DNA of 64,000 nucleotides from an uncultured Acidobacteriota bacterium (lineage in GTDB: Bacteria; Acidobacteriota; Thermoanaerobaculia; Multivoradales; UBA5704): positions 192,001-256,000 of the forward strand of contig CAVYRF010000001.1 in the NCBI GenBank assembly GCA_963770895.1, in the 5' to 3' direction. Made by a program: the position numbers and the translations under genes. The notes beneath the pieces were generated by a model. That model saw only the letters and a list, made by a program, of their open reading frames with translations. It was not told the origin of the DNA and did not search any database. This document shows, in pieces, positions 39,261 to 48,931 of the stretch (within the stretch, counting starts at the first letter, position 1; every line of letters starts with the position of its first letter).

Positions 39261-39905
39261 ATGCGCCCAGTTCGAGCCGCTTCACTTGTGATCGCCTTAT
39301 CCTGCCTTTCGCCGGCGGGCCAGCTCCTTGCCGGCAGCACCGTGGATCTCTCCGCGGTACGCCGCATCGACAGCGCGACGCCGCGGGATGTCCAGGTAGC
39401 GCTGGCGCTCGCCGCGGGTCCTCCCGTCAGCCAGGGAGCCGCCGTGTACATCCTGGGCGCCACAGGTTATGTCAAGGCTCGCGAAGGCACGAACGGATTT
39501 ACCTGCCTGGTCGATCGGCTGCGAGCGGATTCGATAGCGCCGACATGCTTCGACGCCGAGGGTAGCGCCACGACGGTGAAGGCGCTCCTTTTCAGGGAAG
39601 AGCAGCGAGCGCTGGGGAAAGACGATGAGCGCATCGCGTCGGAGATCGACGAAGGTTACAAAACGGGCCGGTTCCTGGCGCCGCGAAAGGCGGGAATCGC
39701 CTACATGCTGTCGGACTATAACTACCTCTTCGATCCCGAGTCAAAGAGTATCTTCCATTTCCCGGCTCACGTGATGTTCTACGGTCCGTACCTGACCGCC
39801 AAGGACGTTGGCACCGGTCCAGGCGCGCCGGATCTCACACGCCCCGGTCTGCCCGACAACATGATGGTGGTGATCCCCGCCGGGTCGCACGAGCATAAGT
39901 CCTGA
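39261..39905 (+). CDS. Secreted hypothetical protein
   Basis: GGAGGT RBS, signal peptide, GTNGFTCL...P.CFD..G...G.AYMLS...H.MFY.P pattern. Confidence 0.8.
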   Translation: MRPVRAASLVIALSCLSPAGQLLAGSTVDLSAVRRIDSATPRDVQVALALAAGPPVSQGAAVYILGATGYVKAREGTNGFTCLVDRLRADSIAPTCFDAEGSATTVKALLFREEQRALGKDDERIASEIDEGYKTGRFLAPRKAGIAYMLSDYNYLFDPESKSIFHFPAHVMFYGPYLTAKDVGTGPGAPDLTRPGLPDNMMVVIPAGSHEHKS

Positions 39906-40203
39906 TCAGCGCACCGCCGGCGGCGGCCAGCTCTCGCCGCCGCGGGTCGTGCCCGTCTCAGCAGGCGATGCGCTCGCACTTCGCGTGACGGTAAGCGGTG
40001 CCATCGTGCCCTCGCAGCGCACCAGGCAATGCGGCAGGTCCTCGCGTCAACCTCGAGTTCCCTAAGCCTGTGAAGGTCTTGCCGCGGCGAGGGATGCGGC
40101 GGCTGCAGCGCAAGCCTGCACTGCACTTTGCTGATGGAATTGCGGCCGGGTCTGCCGGCGGATAGGATGTTGGCATCACTTCGAAAGCTGGGAGGGAGGC
40201 GCG

Positions 40204-41433
40204 GTGATCTGTCCCAAGTGCGGCTTCGAGCAGCCTGACGGCGGTCTGGATTGCGTGCGCTGCGGCGTCGTGTTCAGCCGCTATCACGGCCCGCAGGCTC
40301 CGGCGGCCGGTGCCGGCGCGGCGCCGGGTGGCACCGCCAGGGGCCGGTTGTATGACGGCCCTGGGCGTTCGGATGCCGCGGCGACGGCGACGGCGCGGGG
40401 TGCGACGCCGGCGCGCGAGCAGCTGTATGAGGGGCCGGTGCCAGCTCACGCTGCCGATGCGCCTCCAGGGCTGGCGATGCGGCCGGTGCCGGGCAGGGTG
40501 GCGCCGGGCAGGGTCGCGCCGGCGTCCCCGGCGCGGGAGCAGGTGTATGGCGGGCAGGCGCCGGCGGGGCAACAGGCCCCCGGCCAGGAGAGGCTGTATG
40601 GGGAGCCGCTGCCGGATGGGGATGCGGCGGCGCCGGCGGGGCTGGCGATGCGGCCGGCGCCGGTGAGCTTCAGCATGGCGCCGGCGTTCGACTGGAGCGA
40701 GGTGATGAAGGACACGTTCCGCATTCTGGGGTCCAACCTGTTTGCGTTCGTGCTCATCGCCGGGATCGCGCTGGTGCCGGTGGCCGTGTTCGCCCTGGTG
40801 ATCTCGGCGAGCGTCAACCGGCCGCTCATGCAGGTGGCGCCGGCGCTGTTTGCGCTCGGCAGCAACCTGATCGCGACGCCGCTGGCGACGGGTGCCGTGA
40901 CCTATGGCGTGGCGCAGGAGATGCGGCGGCGCGATACCACGGTGATCGACTGCCTGCGCGTCGGCTTGTCGCGCATGGTGCCGGTGATGGGGGTTGCGCT
41001 GCTGCAGGCCATCCTGATCGGCGTGGGACTGCTGCTGTGCATCATCCCCGGAGTGATCGCGGCGGTGGCGCTTGCCGTCTCGGTACCGGCGTCGGTCGAG
41101 GAGCGGCCCGGCGTGGTGGCCTCGCTGCGGCGCAGCGCCGAGCTGACGGATGGGCGCCGGTTCACGGTGTTCACGATCCTGTTCACGCTGGGCACCATCG
41201 GCCTGGTGCTGTCGGCCATCGGGGCGGTGGCGAACGGTGCGTCGGCGGAAGCCATCATGGCGGGGCGGAGCGGCGGCGTGGGGCTGGTGTCGACCCTGAT
41301 CAGCCTGGCGACGACCGCGCTCCAGGCGACGGCGGCGGCGGTGATGTACTACCGCCTGCGCGGACTCCAGGAAGGGGTAGGGCTGGCCTCGATGAGGTCA
41401 GTGTTCGACGTGCCGGCGGGGGCGGCGCGGTAA
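40204..41433 (+). CDS. Zn-ribbon + multi-TM membrane protein
   Basis: CPKCG...C.RCG N-terminus, Pro/Ala linker, TM domain with G.LLCIIPG and SL.RS.ELT.G.R; GGGAGG RBS. Confidence 0.8.
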   Translation: MICPKCGFEQPDGGLDCVRCGVVFSRYHGPQAPAAGAGAAPGGTARGRLYDGPGRSDAAATATARGATPAREQLYEGPVPAHAADAPPGLAMRPVPGRVAPGRVAPASPAREQVYGGQAPAGQQAPGQERLYGEPLPDGDAAAPAGLAMRPAPVSFSMAPAFDWSEVMKDTFRILGSNLFAFVLIAGIALVPVAVFALVISASVNRPLMQVAPALFALGSNLIATPLATGAVTYGVAQEMRRRDTTVIDCLRVGLSRMVPVMGVALLQAILIGVGLLLCIIPGVIAAVALAVSVPASVEERPGVVASLRRSAELTDGRRFTVFTILFTLGTIGLVLSAIGAVANGASAEAIMAGRSGGVGLVSTLISLATTALQATAAAVMYYRLRGLQEGVGLASMRSVFDVPAGAAR

Positions 41434-41484
41434 AACCAGCGTGGGACCAGCGGCAGCGGCCTGCCGCCGGCGACGGCGATGGGA

Positions 41485-42321
41485 TCAGGGGCCGGCGGAG
41501 GGCGCGGCCGCGACTGCCGGCTCGGTCACTGCTGGCGGATCGACCGGCTCGCCGCCTTCGGCGCGGTCTGCCGCCGTCGGGCCCGGCACCGCTGCGCCGC
41601 CAAGCGCCGCGACCCGCGGTGCGACGCGGCGGGCGCCGGCGAAACGGGTGCGGTAGTAGGGGCGGGCCAGGTCGCTGACGATCACGCCTTCGCGCCGGCC
41701 GGCGGCGTGGATGAAGCGGCCGTTGCCGATGAAGATGCCGACGTGCGAGATGCCGTGCTTGTAGGTGTTGTGGAAGAACACCAGGTCGCCCGGCCGCAGG
41801 TCGTTGTCGGCCACCTTTTCACCCTTGGCGAACTGCTCGGCGGCGGTGCGCGGCAGCGCCAGGCCGGCCTGGCTGTACACGGCTCCCACCAGGCCTGAGC
41901 AGTCGACGCCGCTGCGCGACGAGCCGCCGCGCCGGTAGGGGGTCCCCAGGTAGCTCATCGCCTGCTCGACCAGGTGCTTGACGTGCGTCGCGAAGCGTCC
42001 CAGGAAGGAGTCGGCGTCGCGTTGCGACACCAGGTACTTCTCGCTTACCTCGCCGCCGTCGTTGCCCCGATCGTCACCGTTGCCGGCGCCGGCGGCTGCT
42101 GACGAGCGGCTGGTCGCTGCCGGAGCGGCTTCGGCGGCCGGCGTGGGAGCCGGCGTTGTGGCGATCTCGCTGGGATCGGCAAAGTCGCCCGCCTCGGCAG
42201 CATCGGGGGAGGCTTGGGAGGCGAGGGCCGATTGGGAGGGTTGAGCCAGTGCGGCGGACGGCGCTACGGCGGCAGCGAGAGCGGCGAACGCCAGCGTTCC
42301 AAGGTACAACCTTCCAACCAC
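41485..42321 (-). CDS. NlpC/P60 (C40) cell-wall peptidase
   Basis: YLG.PY..GG....G.DCSG, LPRTA..Q, PGDLVFF, SHVGI..G.G.FIHA; GTG start 42321. Confidence 0.92.
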   Translation of the reverse strand: MVGRLYLGTLAFAALAAAVAPSAALAQPSQSALASQASPDAAEAGDFADPSEIATTPAPTPAAEAAPAATSRSSAAAGAGNGDDRGNDGGEVSEKYLVSQRDADSFLGRFATHVKHLVEQAMSYLGTPYRRGGSSRSGVDCSGLVGAVYSQAGLALPRTAAEQFAKGEKVADNDLRPGDLVFFHNTYKHGISHVGIFIGNGRFIHAAGRREGVIVSDLARPYYRTRFAGARRVAPRVAALGGAAVPGPTAADRAEGGEPVDPPAVTEPAVAAAPSAGP

Positions 42322-42554
42322 GCAGACCCCCTTTTGCGCCGACGCCGGGCAGGTCGCCAATCAAAGACAGCGGGATGACAGGACGCAGTTCATACCATCG
42401 AGCGAAAAAGCCTGTCAACAGGCAATTTGAGCGACTACGGCGGTCATGCCGCAGCGGCATAGGTGGTGCCGAAAAGTCACGATTGGCGCCGCCTGCATAT
42501 GGGGGAGGAGCAACGGCGGCCGGCGGCGCGGCTGGCCTGCCGTAGACTGCGGAC

Positions 42555-43554
42555 GTGCGAGCGATGGTGCTGGAACAGGCGGGCCGGCCGTTGCGGCTGG
42601 TCCGGATGGCGCCGCCGGTGGCGGGACCGGGCCAGGTGCTGCTCAAGGTACACGCCTGCGGCATCTGCCGCACCGACCTGCACATCGTCGACGGCGAGCT
42701 GGCGGAGCCGAAGCTGCCGCTGGTGCTGGGCCACCAGATCGTCGGCACCGTGCTCGAGGCGGGCAGCGACGTGCAGCGTTTCCGGCGCGGCGAGCGGGTG
42801 GGCGTGCCGTGGCTGGGCTGGACCTGCGGCGTCTGCCGCTACTGCCTGTCGCAGCGCGAGAACCTCTGCGATCGGGCGCGTTTCACCGGCTACCACCTCG
42901 ACGGCGGCTACGCCGAGATGGCGGTCGCCGACCAGCGCTTCTGCTTTGCGATTCCCGCCGGGTACCCCGATCTGCAGGCGGCGCCGCTGCTCTGTGCGGG
43001 GCTGATCGGGTTTCGCGCGCTGCGTCTGGCCGGTGCGGTGGAGGAGGCGCGCACGGTCGGTTTTTACGGCTTCGGCGCCGCCGCCCACATCCTCATCCAG
43101 GTGGCGCGCCACCAGGGGCGCCAGGTGTTTGCCTTTACGCGCGACGGCGACGTGGCGGCCCAGCGCTTCGCGCTCGACCTGGGGGCGGCCTGGGCGGGCG
43201 GCGCCGGCGACGCTCCCCGCGGCGCTGGACGCGGCGCTGGTGTTTGCGCCCGCCGGCGACCTGGTGCCGGCGGCGCTGCGGGTGGTCGCCAAGGGCGGCA
43301 GCGTGGTCTGCGCCGGGATCCACATGAGCGACATCCCGGCGTTTCCGTACGACATCCTATGGGGCGAGCGCGTCGTGCGCTCGGTTGCCAACCTCACCCG
43401 GCGCGACGGCGAGGAGTTTCTGGCTCTGGCTCCCGCCGTGCCGGTGCGCAGCCAGGTTGCGGTGTTCCCGCTGGCCGAAGCCAACGCTGCGCTGGCCGCC
43501 CTGCGCGCCGGCAGCTTTCATGGCGCCGCCGTCCTCGCCGTCGATACGGCGTGA
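42555..43554 (+). pseudogene. Zn-dependent alcohol dehydrogenase, frameshifted near 43215
   Basis: CGICRTDLH, LGHQ.VG, C..C.YC...ENLC, PLLCAG and GFGAAAH in one frame; LDAAL.FAP.G...VCAGIHMSDIP...ER.VRSVANLTR continues in another frame. Confidence 0.85.
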
Positions 43555-43599
43555 GCGGCGGCGCTGAGTGGCCGTCAGGTTCTGGCCGCCGGCCGGGTT

Positions 43600-44061
43600 T
43601 CAGCAGTCGCCCAGGCGCTTGCCGCTCAGGTGCTGCGTCATCTTCATCGCCGGGTGGTTGCCGTGCGGCGGCGTGATGGCGTGGGTGGTGACCTCGTAGG
43701 TGGTGCCGCCGAAGACCACTTCCGACGTGCCGGAGGGGCCGTCCTGGCAGTTGAAGGAGTACGAGATCTTGTTGCCTTCCGTCTTGAAGTCGGAGTACTC
43801 GCACTTGCCGCCGCGCTTGTTCATCAGGTCGGCGAAGCTCTTGTTGTTCTGCACCTGCTCGGGCTTGATGCACTGCTTGATGGTGGTGGCCGGCATGCCT
43901 TCCGGCATCGACGGCCTGCCGTCAATTTCAATTTTCATCGAAAGCTCCCAATTGCCGGGAGTGATGTTGGGGTGATCGATCGCCGCCGCGGCGCGCGGGG
44001 CGGCGGTCAGGGCGGCGCAGACGCAGGCCGCGATTGCCGCAGTTTGCAGGGTTCGCTTCAT
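43600..44061 (-). CDS. DUF3617 family secreted protein
   Basis: Signal peptide, PG.WE, QC, C...C and C-terminal GKRLGDC. Confidence 0.85.
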   Translation of the reverse strand: MKRTLQTAAIAACVCAALTAAPRAAAAIDHPNITPGNWELSMKIEIDGRPSMPEGMPATTIKQCIKPEQVQNNKSFADLMNKRGGKCEYSDFKTEGNKISYSFNCQDGPSGTSEVVFGGTTYEVTTHAITPPHGNHPAMKMTQHLSGKRLGDC

Positions 44062-44165
44062 GAATTTCCCCCTCCGTTCGGTGGATACATGGGTTCCCAA
44101 GACGGGACGAAGTGGGAGATTGTAGCAGGGGCGGCCTGATTGCCCGCCGCCCGCAAAAGGAGCAG

Positions 44166-44897
44166 ATGGAAGCCATGCCAAACCTTTCTGACCCGACGAA
44201 ACCTTACCCTGTCGGCATCGGCGCCGCCGTCGATCCGTCACCGGCGCCGCGGCCCGCGCCGGTGACGCTGAGCGGCAGGCACGTGATCGTGCGGCCGCTG
44301 GCGCCCGCGTCCGATGCCGCGGCGCTGTACCCGGCCTCGCACGGCGCCGACAAGGAAGCCTTGTGGCGGTACCTGCCCGACGGGCCCTTTGCCGACGGTG
44401 CGGCGTTCGAGGCCTATCTGTCGGCCAGGGCTGGCGGCGCCGATCCGCTGTTTTTTGCCATCGTGGATCGCGGCTCGGGCACTGCCGTGGGCTATGCCGC
44501 CTACCTGCGATGCGAGCCGGCGCACCGGGTGGTCGAGATCGGCCACATCCTGTACACGCCGCGGTTGCAGCGCACCGCGGGCGCCACCGAAGCCATGTAC
44601 CTCCTGGCGCGCCACGCCTTCGAAGACCTGGGCTACCGGCGCTACGAATGGAAGTGCAACTCCTTCAACGCGCCTTCGCGCAGCGCCGCCCAGCGCTTCG
44701 GCTTCACCTTCGAGGGCATCTTCCGCCAGCACATGATCGTCAAGGGGCGCAGCCGCGACTCCGCCTGGTTCTCGATGCTGGACAGCGAATGGCCGCGGCG
44801 CAAGGCGGCCTTCGAAGGTTGGCTGGATCCCGCCAACTTCGATGCCGCCGGCTGCCAGAAGGCGCCGCTTGCAGCGTTCCTGCCGCCCGAGGGGTAG
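44166..44897 (+). CDS. GNAT acetyltransferase (RimJ/RimL-like)
   Basis: EIGHI..TP.LQRT..ATEA, LGYRRYEWKC...N.PS, EG.FRQH..VKGR.RD.AW motifs. Confidence 0.92.
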   Translation: MEAMPNLSDPTKPYPVGIGAAVDPSPAPRPAPVTLSGRHVIVRPLAPASDAAALYPASHGADKEALWRYLPDGPFADGAAFEAYLSARAGGADPLFFAIVDRGSGTAVGYAAYLRCEPAHRVVEIGHILYTPRLQRTAGATEAMYLLARHAFEDLGYRRYEWKCNSFNAPSRSAAQRFGFTFEGIFRQHMIVKGRSRDSAWFSMLDSEWPRRKAAFEGWLDPANFDAAGCQKAPLAAFLPPEG

Positions 44898-44940
44898 GTG
44901 GCCCGCACCCGCCGCGACAGGTGCGCGCCGGGCGCCGGCG

Positions 44941-46368
44941 CTACAGCAGCGGCGACAGCAGGCGTGCCAGCCGGTCGCCGGCGCGGTGGGCGGCGCCGCG
45001 GCGGTTCCAGGCGTCCTGGGTGATCTCGACGCTGTGGGCCAGGTCGGCGGCGAAGGCGCGCTCCAGCCGCATCGCGAACGCGGCGTCGAAGACCACCAGG
45101 TTGCACTCGGCGTTGAACAGAAAGGAGCGGAAGTCCAGGTTGGTGGAGCCGACGACCGAGACGTACCCGTCGGCGACCAGCGACTTGGCGTGGAGCACGG
45201 TCGCCTGGTACTCGAAGATGCGGATGCCGCGCCGCAGCAGCCCGGCGAAGTAGCCGTGGCCGGCGTGGCGGACCAGCGGCACGTCGGTGGTGCCGGGCAG
45301 CAGCAGGCGGACGTCGACGCCGCGGGCGGCGGCGTCGGCCAGGATGCGCACGGCGCTGTGGCCGGGCGCGAAGTAGGCGTTGGTGATCCACAGCCGCTGG
45401 CGCGCCGCGGCGGCGATCGCCGCCAGCGAGGCGGCGGCTTCACGGTTGCCGCGCAGCGGCTGGGCGTCGAGCACCAGGACGCGCGCGTGGGCCGAAGGGT
45501 GATCGCCGCCTTCGCCCGCACTGCCATGGGTCAGCTGAGCCTGCCCGGCCGGCGGTGCCGCCCCCGCCGCCCCTGCCGCCAGCGCCTCCTGCACCGGCGG
45601 CGCCGGGGGAGTCACCTGGGCCAGCGGCGGCAGCTGGAGCGGTTCGCCGCCGGCGTGTTCCCAGCCTTCCGAGAACACCACGGCCAAGCCCCAAGCGGCG
45701 GGGCCGACGACGCGCACATGGCTGTCGCGCCATGCCGTCGGGCCGCCGTGCCAGGCCGCCTTGCGCCGCCGCCGCCGGCGCAGCGGCCAGCCGGCCGAGC
45801 CGTACTCGACCGCGATGTTCATGCCGCCGGTGAAGGCGATGCGGCGATCCACCACCAGCAGCTTGCGATGATCGCGGAACGGCTGGTACCACAGGCCCTT
45901 GAACAGCGGGTTGAACAGGTGGGTGATGATGCCGCGGCGCGCCATGTCGCGCCAGAACCCGACGTGGGTGCCGAACGAGCCCAAGGCGTCGGCCAGCACG
46001 CGCACGGTGACGCCGCGCTGGACCGCCGCCGCCAGCAGCTCCAGGAAGGTACGGCCCACCTGGTCGTCCTTGAAGATGTACGACTCCAGCAGGACCTCGC
46101 TGTGGGCGCCGGCGACCGCTTCGTACATTGCCGTAAAGGCATGGCCGCCGCTGCGGAACAGCTCGACCTGGTTGCCGGCGTGGATCGGCTTGGCTTCGAC
46201 CCGCCGCAGCAGGGTTTCGAGCCCGGTGCCGTGCACGCCGTCCGGCAGGGCGCCGGCAATGCTGCCGATCCGCCGCGCGGTCAGCTCGGGCGGCAGGCGA
46301 TGGCCCAGGCCGGGCCGCAACACCGGGCGCAGGTAGCGCGCCAGCCGCCGCCGGCCGCGCCGCGCCAC
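44941..46368 (-). CDS. Cardiolipin synthase-like phospholipase D
   Basis: Two HKD motifs (HRKLLVVD, HAKSLVAD), GG.NI, GSTNLD.RS. Confidence 0.9.
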   Translation of the reverse strand: MARRGRRRLARYLRPVLRPGLGHRLPPELTARRIGSIAGALPDGVHGTGLETLLRRVEAKPIHAGNQVELFRSGGHAFTAMYEAVAGAHSEVLLESYIFKDDQVGRTFLELLAAAVQRGVTVRVLADALGSFGTHVGFWRDMARRGIITHLFNPLFKGLWYQPFRDHRKLLVVDRRIAFTGGMNIAVEYGSAGWPLRRRRRRKAAWHGGPTAWRDSHVRVVGPAAWGLAVVFSEGWEHAGGEPLQLPPLAQVTPPAPPVQEALAAGAAGAAPPAGQAQLTHGSAGEGGDHPSAHARVLVLDAQPLRGNREAAASLAAIAAAARQRLWITNAYFAPGHSAVRILADAAARGVDVRLLLPGTTDVPLVRHAGHGYFAGLLRRGIRIFEYQATVLHAKSLVADGYVSVVGSTNLDFRSFLFNAECNLVVFDAAFAMRLERAFAADLAHSVEITQDAWNRRGAAHRAGDRLARLLSPLL

Positions 46369-46372
46369 GCGG

Positions 46373-48736
46373 TCAGTCCCACAGGCGGTCGATACGCCGC
46401 CTGGACAGGGCCTGCGTGGCGGTGCGGCCGAGCAGCCGGACGCCTTCCGCCAGCGAGGCGAAGCGTTCGTCGCGAGTCAGCCCGCGCGCATAGCGGTGAT
46501 AGATCTGCTGGGCGATCACGGCCACTTTGAGCAGGCCGAACACGTAGTAGAACAGGATGTCGGCGGCGTCGCGGCCGGTTCCTCGGACGTAGCGCTCGAC
46601 GACCTCGCGGCGCGACAGGTTGCCGGGGAGCGCGGTCGGCCCGACCGGCAGCCGCTGGCGCGCCTCGTGGTCGTCAGGGTCCAGCCAGTAGGCGAGCGCC
46701 GAGCCAAGGTCCAGCAGCGGCTCGCCGACCGTCGCCATCTCCCAGTCCAGCACCGCGACGACGCCGCGGCAGTCGGCGGTCAGGACCAGGTTGTCGTACT
46801 TGAAGTCGTTGTGCAGCAGGGTGGCGGCAGTCTCTTCCGCGGCCGGCGTGCGCCGCGGCTGATGCTCGGCCAGCCAGGCCGCGGCGCGCTCGACGTCGGC
46901 GACCGGTTCGGTCGCGGCGCGGTGCCACCGCTCGGTCCAGCCGCTCACCTGGCGGGCGGTGTAGCCTGCCGGCCGGCCCAGGTCCGCCAGGCCCGCGGCG
47001 GCGGGGTCCACCGCGTGCAGCTCGATCAGGGCGTCGACCACCGCTTCGCTCAAACCGCGCAGCTGTGGCGGCCCCAGGTCCAGACCGCGCGGCAGCCGCG
47101 GCTGGCGCAGGATCGGACCGTGCACGCGCTGCATGACGTAGAACGGCGCGCCGATCACCGTCACGTCGTCGCAGGCGGCCAGCGCCTGCGGCGCTTTGGG
47201 ATAGTGCGCATGGAGGCGCGACAGGACGTGGAATTCGCGTCCCATGTCGTGCGCCGTCCTGATCGCGGCGCCGAAGGGCGGCCGGCGCAAGACCAGCTGC
47301 CGCCCGCCGTAGCGCAGCAGGTAGGTCAGGTTGGAGTGCCCGCCGGGAAACTGCTCGACCGCCAGGGTGGCGGCGTCGACGGCAGCTGCCGGCGCGGCGC
47401 CGCCGGCGGTGGCCGCGGGTCCCAAGCCCTGGGCGTCCAGCCAGGCCGCCAGACCGGCGGCGGGCAGCTCTTCGCCGTCTCGCACCGGTCCGGCCCGGTC
47501 GGCCGCGGTGACGGTGGCGGCATCGGCGGCGGCAGTGACCGGCGGCGGCGCATAGGTGGCCAGGATGCGCCGCGCCACGGTGGTTTTGTGCACCTCGTCG
47601 GGGCCGTCGTAGATGCGGGCGCCGCGCTCGTGGCGCCACCAGAACGCCAGCGGCGTATCGTCCAGCAGGCCGGCGGCGCCGTGAGTCTGGATGGCGCGGT
47701 CGAGCACCGCCTGCAGGACGGCGGCGACGTGGAACTTGACCAGCGAGATCTCGTCGCGCGCCGCGGCGGCGCCGTCGCGCTGGATGCGCCATGCGGCGTG
47801 CAGCACCAGCAGGCGCGCGGCGTCAATTTCCGCGCGGCTTTCGGCCACCCACGCCTGCACCAGCTGGCGTGACCCCAGCATGTCGCCGGGCGCCAGCTCG
47901 CGCGTGGCGGCGCGCCGGCACATCAGGTCGAAGGCGCGCTCGCAGATGCCGATCCAGCGCATACAGTGGTGGATGCGCCCCGGTCCCAGGCGCTCCTGGG
48001 CGAGCGCGAAGCCGGCGCCTTCGGCGCCGATGCGGTGGCTTGCTGGCACCCGCACGCCGTCCAGACGCAACTCGCCGTGGCTCATCCAGCCGGTGCCGGC
48101 TTCGCCCATGACCGGCAGATTGCGCACCAGCTGGAAACCGGGCGTGTCGGTCGGCACCAGCAGCATGCTGGCGCGGCCGTGGACCGCGGCGGTGGCGTCG
48201 GTGACTGCCATGACGATGCAGAAGGCGGCGCCGTCGGCGCTGCTGGCAAACCACTTGTGGCCGTCCAGGACGTAGTCCGCGCCGTCGCGGTGCGCCGTCG
48301 TCTGCAGCCATACGGGATTGGCACCGGAGCGGCCCGGCTCGGTCATGCCGAAGCAGCTGCGCATCTCGCCGCGCGCCAGCGGTGCCAGCCACCGCTCGTG
48401 CTGCTCGGGCGAGCCGTGGCGTAGCAGCAGCTCCATGTTGCCTGCATCCGGTGCCTGGCAGTTGCAGACGTAGTGGCCGAGCGGGCTCCAGCCCAGCACC
48501 TCGCCGACCAGGGCCAGCTCGGGCAAGGTCAGGTCGCTGCCGCCCCAGGCGCGCGGCAGGTGCGGTACGAAGAGGCCGAGGTCGCGGGCGTGGGCGCGGA
48601 GCGCCAGGAGGTGCGGTTCGACGCTGGCAAAACCCTGGCCGAACGCCGTGGTTTCCAGGGCTGCCACCTGGCCGGCGACGAGCTGGCGCAGTGCCGCCAG
48701 GCGCGGTGCGAGGTGTTCGGGAACGCTCCAATCCAT
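46373..48736 (-). CDS. Acyl-CoA dehydrogenase + APH/choline-kinase-like phosphotransferase fusion
   Basis: NC.APD.GNME.L, F.MTEP, RLGPGRIHH.MR, IYDGPDEVH, then GG.SNLTY, HDMGRE, LLHNDFKYDN, VLDWEM.T.G; start ATG 48736. Confidence 0.9.
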   Translation of the reverse strand: MDWSVPEHLAPRLAALRQLVAGQVAALETTAFGQGFASVEPHLLALRAHARDLGLFVPHLPRAWGGSDLTLPELALVGEVLGWSPLGHYVCNCQAPDAGNMELLLRHGSPEQHERWLAPLARGEMRSCFGMTEPGRSGANPVWLQTTAHRDGADYVLDGHKWFASSADGAAFCIVMAVTDATAAVHGRASMLLVPTDTPGFQLVRNLPVMGEAGTGWMSHGELRLDGVRVPASHRIGAEGAGFALAQERLGPGRIHHCMRWIGICERAFDLMCRRAATRELAPGDMLGSRQLVQAWVAESRAEIDAARLLVLHAAWRIQRDGAAAARDEISLVKFHVAAVLQAVLDRAIQTHGAAGLLDDTPLAFWWRHERGARIYDGPDEVHKTTVARRILATYAPPPVTAAADAATVTAADRAGPVRDGEELPAAGLAAWLDAQGLGPAATAGGAAPAAAVDAATLAVEQFPGGHSNLTYLLRYGGRQLVLRRPPFGAAIRTAHDMGREFHVLSRLHAHYPKAPQALAACDDVTVIGAPFYVMQRVHGPILRQPRLPRGLDLGPPQLRGLSEAVVDALIELHAVDPAAAGLADLGRPAGYTARQVSGWTERWHRAATEPVADVERAAAWLAEHQPRRTPAAEETAATLLHNDFKYDNLVLTADCRGVVAVLDWEMATVGEPLLDLGSALAYWLDPDDHEARQRLPVGPTALPGNLSRREVVERYVRGTGRDAADILFYYVFGLLKVAVIAQQIYHRYARGLTRDERFASLAEGVRLLGRTATQALSRRRIDRLWD

Positions 48737-48843
48737 GGCGATGGGCGGCGGACCGGCCCACGACGGTCGGGGCAGGCCGGCCAGGCGAATATATCGGCTG
48801 CGGGCCTGCGGGGCCAGGGCCGCGGGCGGCGGCCGCGGCGAGC

Positions 48844-48875
48844 AAAAAAAAGGGTGCCGCCATCTGGCAGCACCC
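48844..48875 (-). terminator. Intrinsic terminator after the pilin pair
   Basis: GGGTGCTGCC-AGAT-GGCGGCACCC followed by T8 on the minus strand. Confidence 0.9.
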
Positions 48876-48931
48876 GGCTCAAGCTCCAAAAGACCGATCG
48901 ATCGATCGTTTGGCGAAGCTTGGATGAGGTC

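Noticed and set aside
48886-48913. GATC-rich palindrome after the pilin stop
   Set aside because: Could be a 3' UTR hairpin, but there is no evidence for a distinct function.
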